A program made the translations under genes and the position numbers. A stretch of DNA of 64,000 bases from positions 292 through 64,291 of the IMG/VR virus record IMGVR_UViG_3300010234_000009, one strand, 5' to 3'. Below are positions 28,289-36,739 of the stretch, in pieces. The notes under the pieces are model-generated. The model did not search any database, had not been told where the DNA came from, and saw nothing but the letters and a program-made list of their open reading frames with translations. Positions within the stretch are counted from its first letter, which is position 1; each line of letters opens with the position of its first letter. Source of the DNA: a virus (Duplodnaviria > Caudoviricetes).

Positions 28289-28292
28289 CCAT

Positions 28293-28461
28293 GCTCGCCG
28301 TAGGGGAAAGCCCCCACCGGCCGCTTTACACGCTGGGATGCACCACCGTAAGCGGCGACTCCCCAATATGCCGGCAGGGGACTCTTTCAAGGTCCGGGGA
28401 TTATCGGGGGGTCGCGCCTCACGGGAAACCCAGGTGCGGGTGCAAATCCCGCCGGCGAGCC
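28293..28461 (+). ncRNA. tRNA-like structured RNA (8-bp acceptor, 5-bp T stem, inserted arms, UUC anticodon-like loop)
   Basis: GCTCGCCG 28293-28300 pairs perfectly with CGGCGAGC 28453-28460. T arm GCGGG-TGCAAAT-CCCGC. Anticodon-like hairpin GGACT-CTTTCAA-GGTCC. No encoded CCA. Confidence 0.6.
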
Positions 28462-28467
28462 TCGAAT

Positions 28468-28508
28468 TAGTGCGCTAAGTGTGCGCTAGGCGCGCGCTAG
28501 GCGCGCGC
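28468..28508. repeat. Short tandem TAGGCGCGCGC repeats with degenerate upstream copies
   Basis: Exact 11-mer at 28487-28497 and 28498-28508, preceded by TAGTGCGC and TAAGTGTGCGC. Confidence 0.7.
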
Positions 28509-28535
28509 AAAACCCCACCAACAGGGAGATTTGAC

Positions 28536-28790
28536 GTGAAACACCCCACGGAACCCCTCACGGCTCGAATGATCGTCCACAAGAGCGTGCTCAACAAACC
28601 GGAGGCGATGATGAGCGTATGGCAAACGCTCAAGCTGCGGGTCGCCAGGAAGCACCCGAACAAAGGGTTTTTCTACGAGTTTGAGATCCGCCCACTCACC
28701 TGCGATCGATCGATGCGGGAATTCGTCCTCCACTACCGGATCGTTTTTCACTACCTCAATTTCATCAAGGGAGAACTCGGCCATGCGTAA
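28536..28790 (+). CDS. Hypothetical protein
   Basis: GTG start after GGGAGA SD (MKHPTEPLTARM...). Confidence 0.55.
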   Translation: MKHPTEPLTARMIVHKSVLNKPEAMMSVWQTLKLRVARKHPNKGFFYEFEIRPLTCDRSMREFVLHYRIVFHYLNFIKGELGHA

Positions 28791-28965
28791 CCGTCAACAA
28801 GAATGGCACTCTGCGATCGCTTTGTTTGTTATCTTCATCTCGCTTCTCGTGATGTTGCTGACCGCCCTCGTGGTGACTGCCCCCAGCCGAGCGCCACACA
28901 CCAACCCACACCAGCCCACACCAGCCCACATTAACCCACATCACGGGCAGGAAAGGTGGTACTAA
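28783..28965 (+). CDS. Small membrane protein with His/Pro-rich repeat tail
   Basis: MRNRQQEWHSAIALFVIFISLLVMLLTALVV (one TM segment) followed by PHTNPHQPTPAHINPHH. Confidence 0.5.
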   Translation: MRNRQQEWHSAIALFVIFISLLVMLLTALVVTAPSRAPHTNPHQPTPAHINPHHGQERWY

Positions 28966-28967
28966 CC

Positions 28968-29306
28968 ATGCTCTACCTCGACGTTGCCCGGCTTGTCCGC
29001 GGTGGTCCTTGGCGAACCCTCGGGTGCGCCTTAATGCTCAAGAGTTGTCCACCGCTGGGGGACGCTATCGTCGAGGGTGACCAAGCTGCGATCCGCGACC
29101 TGCTGCTCGCCTACTACAATGAGCACAAAGATTCCCAGTACACCTGGACAGACAACCCCAGCCTCGTTGCAGCGGAGTTTGGGATTGGGCAACTGTGCAT
29201 CCGGTTCGTAATCGAGGGTCCAGACTTCCCTCCCCGGCAGGACTGGCTTGTCCACTCGTTCATGAACATGGATCGGGATAACCCTGCTGGCACCTACTCG
29301 GTATAG
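28968..29306 (+). CDS. Hypothetical protein
   Basis: 112 aa, directly after the upstream stop, preceded by GGAAAGGTGG. Confidence 0.55.
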   Translation: MLYLDVARLVRGGPWRTLGCALMLKSCPPLGDAIVEGDQAAIRDLLLAYYNEHKDSQYTWTDNPSLVAAEFGIGQLCIRFVIEGPDFPPRQDWLVHSFMNMDRDNPAGTYSV

Positions 29307-29309
29307 CAT

Positions 29310-29337
29310 TTGACATCACACCGGGGTTTGGTATATC
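29310..29337 (+). promoter_or_regulatory. sigma70-type promoter
   Basis: TTGACA-N16-TATATC, with TG just upstream of the -10. Confidence 0.55.
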
Positions 29338-29563
29338 CTTCCCCGCATGACCAGTACGAGAACCTTACCGAACGATCTAAGCCCCTCGCCGGGTTTTTGG
29401 CTGGTCCCTAAATATATGGCGAGTGGGCTTTTTTTACGTACATACGCTAACCCCAGCGTGTTGAAACAAAGGGGGTCGCCGTGTTTGGCTATAAACCTGC
29501 GGAGTTGCGAGACTCCGGTTAATACACGCTTCTCTGACGTTCTTAGCGGCAACGTCAGGTGTG

Positions 29564-29608
29564 AACCCTCTCCTGACTGCACCGCATACCAGTCAGGGAG
29601 GGTTTTTT
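29564..29608 (+). terminator. Rho-independent terminator whose 3' arm contains a GGAGG SD
   Basis: AACCCTCTCCTGACTG...CAGTCAGGGAGGGTT followed by T6. Confidence 0.7.
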
Positions 29609-29609
29609 A

Positions 29610-29705
29610 ATGCGCGAAACACGAGACTCACTCGCCCTCATTGCACTCGCCCTCACCTTCCACCTCATCGTCCTCGAACTCGCAAAACACCTGCTAATAC
29701 CCTGA
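29610..29705 (+). CDS. Putative 31-aa hydrophobic peptide
   Basis: MRETRDSLALIALALTFHLIVLELAKHLLIP; GGAGG lies 8 nt upstream, inside the terminator stem. Confidence 0.4.
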   Translation: MRETRDSLALIALALTFHLIVLELAKHLLIP

Positions 29706-30000
29706 CATTGGATTCCGAGTCCAACACCAGAGCAACGCGACACACCCACAAAACATCAGGTGCGTCGCACAAAGACGACAAAAGCACGCACCCCACAAAT
29801 CGGGCGTTCGGACCTGCCCACCGCCAAGGCGTCAAGCACAGCAACAAAGGTTCGGTCGAATCGGGTGAGGATCGGATAGAGCAGCCCGCCCCGGCAATGT
29901 AAGAAACCGGGGGAAGTGCGGACCCAGTAGCCGTTAACTGCTGGGGGGGAGGGGGAAATGCGCAAGCGTACTCCCAAACCCTAAGACGGAAACACCCCCA

Positions 30001-30210
30001 ATGAACCCTGATACCATCTTCCTATCAATCGGAGCCTACCTCGGTATCGGGTTCTGCTACGTCGCCTGGACACTCGAAGCTGCCGTAGACCAGTGGAATA
30101 AGCGAAACAAACGCTCCTGCCCGAATGAGGTAGTCCTGTTCGTTTCCATCCTCGTCGCTCTCACATGGCCCTGCTTCATCGCCTTCGACATCTACTGCCG
30201 GCGCAAATGA
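30001..30210 (+). CDS. Small membrane protein (two TM segments)
   Basis: 69 aa with two hydrophobic stretches, ending WPCFIAFDIYCRRK. Confidence 0.55.
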   Translation: MNPDTIFLSIGAYLGIGFCYVAWTLEAAVDQWNKRNKRSCPNEVVLFVSILVALTWPCFIAFDIYCRRK

Positions 30211-30527
30211 TCCGCCCAGCAAGGACAAACACCGCTAATTAACGGCCCAAACGCCGATTCAGGCCAATAGGGACTCACACCCCCACTCTGGCACCAAGCG
30301 ATGTTTTCAAGCGAAAAAAGTCCCGGGGGGAAGGTAGAACTAATACGAGCCGCGGATGGGTTGGTACCGCCCCCCCTCCGCAAGTCCAGGCATGGCAACA
30401 AGTTATGAACGTTCTGCCGCAAGCACGGCGACAAAACAGCCTTGAACACCGGCATTCGCGATGAATCTCCACACTATCCTCATTCATTCAGCCATCGGCA
30501 CAACGTCCTGCCCTTAGCACTGTAATT

Positions 30528-30663
30528 GCCGTGCCAATCTCCAATTTTTCTCATTTCGAGAATGTTTGTTCTATTTCGAGACGATTTGCCGATTCGCAGC
30601 TTGGGGCGTTTTCGATACGTAAAGCGAGTTTTGCTATTTTTCAGCTTTGGCACGGCTTTCGCA
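30528..30663 (+). promoter_or_regulatory. sigma54 (RpoN)-type promoter cassette A
   Basis: TTGGCACGGCTTTCGCA (GG-N10-GC) at 30647-30663; inverted GCCGTGCCAA at 30528-30537; two TTTCGAGA motifs in between. Confidence 0.6.
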
Positions 30664-30735
30664 TTATCGGTTTGTCGCTTTTCGGCAGTCTCGCCGACAA
30701 GTGAGTTTCACAACCCCTAGTTGGAGTAGTCGACC

Positions 30736-31374
30736 ATGGCAGACAAGCAACAAGCAACCGTCAACCTGAACGAAGTGATCGAAGCCCTTGAGGGTGGTTA
30801 TCAACACCCCGAAGCATTCATGAGGGCTTATGGCGAAGCGGTTAAGGCAGGCATTAGCAACGCCCGCTACATGGGAAAGGACAACAATGAGTATGCCGGC
30901 GACGAAGCGGTCGTGCAGGTTAACGCTGATTGCCGGGCAATTGTAGAGAGGGCGGCTAAGGCAAGTGTTTCCATAGGTGGAAGCAAGGGCGGTCTGAAGG
31001 TTAAGCTGGTTGACTCTGGCTTGTGCTCCATATCGGGCGCTGCCCAGAAACAGTACAAGTGGTTACAGATTGCCCATACTTTGCGGGCGCTGCCTGCCGT
31101 GCTGACCGCTTTGGACGACATCGCTGCAGTTATCAAGGCTGACAAGCACGTCGTGAAACAGGTTGCTGTGATGGACCGCAACGACAAGACGGTCCAGAAG
31201 ACTGACAAGCATGGCAACGACGTTTTCGACTACCAGTTGTGGGCAGGAACCTATCTGGTTGCGACTAAGAACAGCGAAGCTAACGCCCTGTCTTGCGTCT
31301 CACAAGTCGCTGAAGTAGCCTCCATGCTCCGTGACATGGCTGCCAAGACTGCCCTCGAGTCTGCCAATGAGTAG
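30736..31374 (+). CDS. Hypothetical early protein
   Basis: 212 aa, preceded by the leader motif and followed by a terminator. Confidence 0.7.
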   Translation: MADKQQATVNLNEVIEALEGGYQHPEAFMRAYGEAVKAGISNARYMGKDNNEYAGDEAVVQVNADCRAIVERAAKASVSIGGSKGGLKVKLVDSGLCSISGAAQKQYKWLQIAHTLRALPAVLTALDDIAAVIKADKHVVKQVAVMDRNDKTVQKTDKHGNDVFDYQLWAGTYLVATKNSEANALSCVSQVAEVASMLRDMAAKTALESANE

Positions 31375-31393
31375 ACCATGCTGATGCAGTCCA

Positions 31394-31425
31394 CCCCCCT
31401 AGGTTAGTGCCTAGGGGGGCCTTTT
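31394..31425 (+). terminator. Rho-independent terminator
   Basis: CCCCCCTAGG-ttagtg-CCTAGGGGGG perfect 10-bp stem, then CCTTTT. Confidence 0.65.
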
Positions 31426-31453
31426 CATTCACCCCTTACTGGAAAGCCTGACA

Positions 31454-31699
31454 ATGATAATCTCACAAGCACAAGCACAAGCCGAGAACCTGTCTCACAC
31501 TGACGTGCGACCTATCGACGTCGCGAATCGTCCGTTGCCAAAAGCGCCGGAATACGTCGCTCCGTTGTCGCCCTCTCGCCGGCGAATCTCTGTTGACGTT
31601 AACTACGCTGCGGAGTTGCGAAACGTCGCTAGTCAGTGCGCTGCACTAGGGACTGACGCAGGTTGCCGATACCTTGTCGCCTATCTGCAGCGACGTTAG
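31454..31699 (+). CDS. Hypothetical protein
   Basis: 81 aa with the leader motif upstream. Confidence 0.55.
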   Translation: MIISQAQAQAENLSHTDVRPIDVANRPLPKAPEYVAPLSPSRRRISVDVNYAAELRNVASQCAALGTDAGCRYLVAYLQRR

Positions 31700-31728
31700 A
31701 CGCTACCGACAATTCGAGCGACTTCAAG

Positions 31729-31758
31729 CCGTGCGCCCCCTAGGGCGTGCGGTTTTTT
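31729..31758 (+). terminator. Rho-independent terminator
   Basis: CCGTGCGCCC-ccta-GGGCGTGCGG stem (with G-U pairs) followed by T6. Confidence 0.7.
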
Positions 31759-31992
31759 CTTTTCTTGGGGGCGCTGCCATCGGTTGTGCTTTCCGCGCTT
31801 TGCTGAAAATCGCCTACTGCGTCGCATAGCTTGCGATTTCAGCCAGGTTGTGAGTTTCGGCTATACGGAGCCGTCTTTGGCGAGAATCGGCCCGTATCGG
31901 CCTTGTGTGCGTCCACAATTGCGATGTTTTCCACGTATGTGCGGTCTGAACGGGCCAGCACAGTCAATTTCAACCCTCTGGAGAGTCTGATT

Positions 31993-32631
31993 ATGAGTGA
32001 CAAGACGTTGATTGCCCGATTGCAGCCTAATGAGAGCCATTGTGATTTCACCCTCGATGGTGCCCGGCTCCAGTTGATGGCTGATGATTGGACTGGTTGT
32101 GTTGCGGTTTACCAGTTCGATGAGGCGAACCCTCGGGACGTAGGTGGTGGGAAACCGGACTGGGCTGTAGCTCAGGAAATCATTGGCGCCAGCACACCGG
32201 AACTGGCGTTTTGGGGTGGTTATCTAAGGGCGGTGTGCTTCACGGCCCGAAAGGAGCACGTCAACGAGGACGGTGACCCTGGGGTGGGGGATGACCTGTT
32301 CTCAGGCAGGGACGACGAGGAGTGGCAGGCCCACCTTGAGACGGTGGTGGAGAACCTGGTTGATGGTGACGACCTGGCGTCCCTCCACGAGTCCGCTATG
32401 GAGTTCTTCACCAATGCGGTGGCCGAGGGGCTGCTGGACGTGGAGAGCGACGATCTAGAGGCTGCTGGGGCTGATTTCCACCTTACCCGCAACGGTCATG
32501 GGGCGGGGTACTTGGTTGGTGACTGGGACCAACCGCGGGCTACTCTCTTGCGTGAGGCAGCGATGTTCTATGGTCCCTGCGAGTTGACGGTGATCAGCCG
32601 GGTGGTGACATCTGTTGACATCGGTGGGTAG
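31993..32631 (+). CDS. Acidic hypothetical early protein
   Basis: ATG after the leader motif. C-terminal AGADFHLTRNGHGAGY...GDW is a motif I recall from phage hypothetical proteins. Confidence 0.65.
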   Translation: MSDKTLIARLQPNESHCDFTLDGARLQLMADDWTGCVAVYQFDEANPRDVGGGKPDWAVAQEIIGASTPELAFWGGYLRAVCFTARKEHVNEDGDPGVGDDLFSGRDDEEWQAHLETVVENLVDGDDLASLHESAMEFFTNAVAEGLLDVESDDLEAAGADFHLTRNGHGAGYLVGDWDQPRATLLREAAMFYGPCELTVISRVVTSVDIGG

Positions 32632-32683
32632 GCGTCCGGAAACGTGACGCGAAACTAACTAACCCCTATTGGAGAGTGACAAG

Positions 32684-33034
32684 ATGAAACTACTACTGAT
32701 CAAGCTAGACGGCGCGACGCTCAAGACGGAGTGCTTCCCCATGGTATCGACTCCTGATGCCTACATCGGGGGTGGCGACGGTTTTGGGTACGTCATGGAA
32801 GACTCTAACTTGTTTGCCAGATACACCCCGGGGAACGAGGGGGTCGAGGCAGAAGGGATCGGCGAGTATCTGTCCGTGGACGTGCAAATGTCGATGTACG
32901 AGGGCAGTGCTCGCCAGAGGACGTATCTCAATGAGGCTGAGGACAGTTTCGTTGTCGGCTGGGTGGTCGTCCCTGAGAACATTGATGAAGCGAACCATCT
33001 CGACGAGGTGTGCCCCCGCTCTATCTGCTACTAG
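32684..33034 (+). CDS. Acidic hypothetical protein
   Basis: ATG after the leader motif. Confidence 0.6.
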   Translation: MKLLLIKLDGATLKTECFPMVSTPDAYIGGGDGFGYVMEDSNLFARYTPGNEGVEAEGIGEYLSVDVQMSMYEGSARQRTYLNEAEDSFVVGWVVVPENIDEANHLDEVCPRSICY

Positions 33035-33115
33035 GTAACAGCCCTGTTTCGTGCCCTCTCAACGTGAGGGGGTACGGTGCGGTTTCTGTTTCCTAACCCT
33101 TCCTGGAGTGTGACG

Positions 33116-33433
33116 ATGAGAAAATACGAGCCTGCGCTGCACCAATTGTGCCGTGACCTGGCGAAAGAGGCACACCTGGCGTACTGCAAGTGCATTACCC
33201 CGGTGATGTACCTCTATGGGTTCCCTGATGAGCACCACGCCTACGACGAACTGAAACTGAGTCGTGACAAGGTGCGTTTCGCTGACCTGGTGCTCTGTGA
33301 GCCTATTCCCCGTGACCGCGACGAGGACTCCCTCAAGGTGTGGTTCCTGGATCGTCTACGCCGGCAGCCCATCCTCCCGGTGATCGACAAGCTGGCCGAG
33401 AACAACAGCGTTTACGCCCATTTCATGTCCTAG
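33116..33433 (+). CDS. Hypothetical protein
   Basis: ATG after the leader motif (MRKYEPALHQ...). Confidence 0.6.
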   Translation: MRKYEPALHQLCRDLAKEAHLAYCKCITPVMYLYGFPDEHHAYDELKLSRDKVRFADLVLCEPIPRDRDEDSLKVWFLDRLRRQPILPVIDKLAENNSVYAHFMS

Positions 33434-33489
33434 GGCGTCACCAAACTGCGTTTTACCTGTTTCTGTAACCCTTTCTGGAGTGAGTGACT

Positions 33490-34260
33490 ATGGAGATTCA
33501 AGAGTTGAGAAGTGCCCTTGAGGCGGTGCGACGTAGCGCCGACAACGATCATTCCCGCTATACGCTGGACTGTGTGGCGATCTTTGAGGCGTCGGATGGG
33601 GGGACTGACTTTGTGGCGACCGATGGTCGCCGGCTCGCACACTACCACAGCGTTCAAGGGCTTATGTCCCCGGACGCCTGGCAGCAGCACGCCGGCATGA
33701 TCCTGGTGAAGAACAAGGGGGTGAGTGCGATTTGCCGTGCGATCAACAACAGTGCGTTTGGCTCCGCAATGGTGGTCACCAACAAGGAGCGAAACGCGAA
33801 GGCATACCGGGCTGACTGCCGTATTGAGGGGCAGTTCTGCGTTGCCTGGAACGCCAAGGGCAAGGGGCAAGAGGTTGAAGGCAAGCACGTGGAGGCTGAC
33901 CGCGTTAAGGGCCGGTTCCCGAAGTGGCAGGACGTTGTGCCGAACCACGACCAGTGCAGCCATCACCTGCTGACCGGTTCGGTCGAGGAGTTTGGTGAGT
34001 TCCTCAACGGCACGTCCATTGAGGTGTCGTGTAACGGGATCGTCGAGATGCGGCGCAGGGCTGCCGACATCGAGTACACCCCCAAGAAAGACACCACCGA
34101 GGGCATCACCTGCCTGAACGTGGACTACCTGCGGGACATGATCCGCGGACTGAATGACAAGCACCACCTGCGGGTGACGTTCGTGGATCACGACACCCCG
34201 GTGATGGGACGTTGTGGCGATGCCACCTACGTGGTGATGCCTTTGTCGCTGGATCGCTAA
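33490..34260 (+). CDS. DNA polymerase III beta (sliding clamp)-like protein, about two of the three domains
   Basis: SRYTLDCV...FVATDGRRLA (clamp central domain), GRFPKWQDVVP, LNVDYLRDMI, YVVMPLS (clamp C-terminal motifs). Confidence 0.7.
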   Translation: MEIQELRSALEAVRRSADNDHSRYTLDCVAIFEASDGGTDFVATDGRRLAHYHSVQGLMSPDAWQQHAGMILVKNKGVSAICRAINNSAFGSAMVVTNKERNAKAYRADCRIEGQFCVAWNAKGKGQEVEGKHVEADRVKGRFPKWQDVVPNHDQCSHHLLTGSVEEFGEFLNGTSIEVSCNGIVEMRRRAADIEYTPKKDTTEGITCLNVDYLRDMIRGLNDKHHLRVTFVDHDTPVMGRCGDATYVVMPLSLDR

Positions 34261-34358
34261 GCGGCCGAGCCAACACGGTCACGCTCTCGGGCAACTTGCT
34301 CTTGAGCGTGCCGGTGTTTGCTTCGCTGAGAGTGCTGAACCCTCCGGTGACGAGAATT

Positions 34359-34460
34359 CCGTGCCAAGTCTCATTTTGGGACGATTTTCTCGTTTCGGGA
34401 CGATTGTGAATCGGCAGACCCGTGTTTTTGCGTGGTTTGCTGTTTGGCACGGCGATTGCA
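34359..34460 (+). promoter_or_regulatory. sigma54 (RpoN)-type promoter cassette B
   Basis: Canonical TTGGCACGGCGATTGCA at 34444-34460; inverted CCGTGCCAA at 34359-34367; two GGGACGATT motifs in between. Confidence 0.7.
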
Positions 34461-34506
34461 AGTTTGTTTGGTTCGGATGTTTTTCAACCCTTTCTGGAGA
34501 GACGCA

Positions 34507-35427
34507 ATGAGCGACACGACCACGATGGACACACTGATCAAGGGAGCAACTGGCGACGGTTTGCTCATCAAGTGGGACGCTGAGGTGACCCAGCACTCCC
34601 GGCTACTCTCGGAACTGCAGCCCCTTGGCATGGAAGAAGCCTGCCCTAATCCGCGGACCCACAACGACTCCTTGAAGGCTGCCATGAGCGACGATGCCAA
34701 GAGCATCAAAGCCCTGCTGCCCAAGGACAACGGGACCAAGCGGGACGTGATTGTCCAGCGGCACAAGGACCAATCGGATGGGTTCGAACTGGTGCAAGTT
34801 GATCGCAAGAGCGATGGCGCCAATGGCTACACCAGCCTGTACTCGGCCAAGGTGGACGAGGACACCGAGTCGATTACCGTGGAAGTCCACAACCACGGGC
34901 GCTGGCACTACGACATCGTCGATACTCTGCGGCCCCTCTACTCTGAGTACCGGAAGCAGGTCACAGGGGGTTCGATCGGGCGTGCCCTGGTGGACATCAT
35001 CGCTGACCTGCACGGCACCTGCGTGCGGACCATTGGCGGGCTGTACTACCTGCCTGGCGAGACGTCGGAGAAGTTCCTCAAGGTGGCTGACGCCTTCGAG
35101 CGGGCCAATGACGCCAAGACCCAGATCGACCCCATCCAGATGACCCTGGATGCCCGTGCTGTGCGGATGGTCAAGCGGGCGATCACCAAGGAACTGACCG
35201 ATGCTGCCTCGGCGATCACGGCCGACGTCGCCGGCAACGACTACGGCGAGGACGCGCTCAAGGCTCGCAAGATCAAGGCAACTGGCCTGATGGAGCGTTG
35301 CCGAGAGTATGAGCAACTGCTGGACGTGGAACTGGGTGAGGTGGCTGGCCTCATTCGGATCGCTGAGAATGTGGCATCGTCCTCGATTGCCATGGCTGAG
35401 GAGTCCACCGAACTGTACGGCGTGTAG
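34507..35427 (+). CDS. Conserved-looking hypothetical protein upstream of the MoxR/vWA pair
   Basis: 306 aa, leader motif upstream. RTIGGLYYLP motif followed by a helical C-terminus. Confidence 0.6.
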   Translation: MSDTTTMDTLIKGATGDGLLIKWDAEVTQHSRLLSELQPLGMEEACPNPRTHNDSLKAAMSDDAKSIKALLPKDNGTKRDVIVQRHKDQSDGFELVQVDRKSDGANGYTSLYSAKVDEDTESITVEVHNHGRWHYDIVDTLRPLYSEYRKQVTGGSIGRALVDIIADLHGTCVRTIGGLYYLPGETSEKFLKVADAFERANDAKTQIDPIQMTLDARAVRMVKRAITKELTDAASAITADVAGNDYGEDALKARKIKATGLMERCREYEQLLDVELGEVAGLIRIAENVASSSIAMAEESTELYGV

Positions 35428-35508
35428 GGTTCGAGCCTCCGACCACCCCTCGCAACGGAGTGCGGGGGAGACTCGGCTGTTTTAACCCCCTTAACCTGGA
35501 GAGTGACC

Positions 35509-36639
35509 ATGAGTTGTAGAAACTGGCCGGCGTTCATCGCCATGCAAACGTGTGCTAACGGTGGACCTGTTCCACTGGTCGAGGGACTGCCTGGTGCTGC
35601 CAAGACCGCGGTGTTTGCGTCGGTGGCATCACAAGCGAGGCGGCACTTTGTGCAGTGCATCCTCCGTCAGAAAGCCCCTGAGGACGCCGGCGGGATACCG
35701 CAGGCCCATGAGTTCACCGACATCGTGGTTGGCAAGACGATCCCCGGTGTGAAGTTCCTACTCGGCGAGGAGATGCTCCGGGCGAAGCACGAGAAGTGCC
35801 TGATGCTGCTCGACGAGTTGAACCATGCCGGGCACGATACGCTCGGTTCCTTTCAGGAGTGGATCAATAGTCCACCTGAGAACTGCTGGATGGTCGCTTG
35901 CCAGAACCCCGTGGAGTCGTCCACGTCGGGCGTCGAGTTGTCTCCACCGGTGATCAACCGGATGTGCAAGCTGGAGTGGGAAGACCCACGTGAGCAACGT
36001 CGGGAAGGCTGGCGCAACGGGTTCATGAACTACCCTGAGCCTGAGTTTCCCCTGCTGCCGGCCGACTGGACCGACCTGAGGGCAGACTGGGGCGACCGAC
36101 TCTGTGAGTTCGAGGACAAGTTTCCCTTCCTGTTTTCGGGAGAGGGCTACCCTAAGGACGAGTCCAAGGCGTGTGACCCTTGGCCTAGCAATCGGTCGTG
36201 GACCCATGTTGGTGTTCTCATGGCTGCCTGCGATGCCGTGTTTGCGCCAATGGACGTGCGGTCAAAGTTGGTCATGGGTTGTGTCGGCGAAGCGGCCGGC
36301 ACGGACTTCCTGAACCACATTGGGTACGCCGATCTGCCCAACCCCGAGGACTTGCTGGCACGTGCTGACCTGATCGAACTGCCTAACCGGTTCGACAAGG
36401 TGCGTGCGATCCTCGCTGGACTGCTGCACGCTGTTGACGGTAACCCCACACCGGATCGCTGGGAGAGCCTGCGTGACTGTGTCGAGGTGATCTGGACGCA
36501 GAACCAAGAGGCCGCGATGACGATGGAAGGCTCATGCGACCGGATTCGAGCCAAAAGACTTCCCCACTACGACCCACGGCTGAGGAACGGTCGTTGGGCA
36601 GAGATGCAGAAAGCGCGTCTCGCCGTAGCGGAGGTCTAG
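35509..36639 (+). CDS. MoxR-like AAA+ ATPase
   Basis: Walker A GLPGAAKT, Walker B LMLLDELN, sensor ACQNP, arginine finger VINRM. Confidence 0.85.
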   Translation: MSCRNWPAFIAMQTCANGGPVPLVEGLPGAAKTAVFASVASQARRHFVQCILRQKAPEDAGGIPQAHEFTDIVVGKTIPGVKFLLGEEMLRAKHEKCLMLLDELNHAGHDTLGSFQEWINSPPENCWMVACQNPVESSTSGVELSPPVINRMCKLEWEDPREQRREGWRNGFMNYPEPEFPLLPADWTDLRADWGDRLCEFEDKFPFLFSGEGYPKDESKACDPWPSNRSWTHVGVLMAACDAVFAPMDVRSKLVMGCVGEAAGTDFLNHIGYADLPNPEDLLARADLIELPNRFDKVRAILAGLLHAVDGNPTPDRWESLRDCVEVIWTQNQEAAMTMEGSCDRIRAKRLPHYDPRLRNGRWAEMQKARLAVAEV

Positions 36640-36739
36640 CGGGGGGCGTTCCTCCGTCGGGGTGCCGTGTTGTGTGATGAGCAGGGCACGGCACCCTAGC
36701 GGTGGAGTCAACCCTTTAACCCCTTTCTGGAGAACCCTC

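Noticed and set aside
28293-28461. Ordinary tRNA-Glu or tRNA-Sec gene
   Set aside because: Length about 170 nt, extra arms, UGC T-loop and no CCA; the anticodon is UUC, not UCA. Reported as tRNA-like only.
29347-29610. 87-aa ORF after the sigma70 promoter
   Set aside because: No SD, runs through two terminator-like hairpins, no recognisable features. More likely a structured leader or sRNA.
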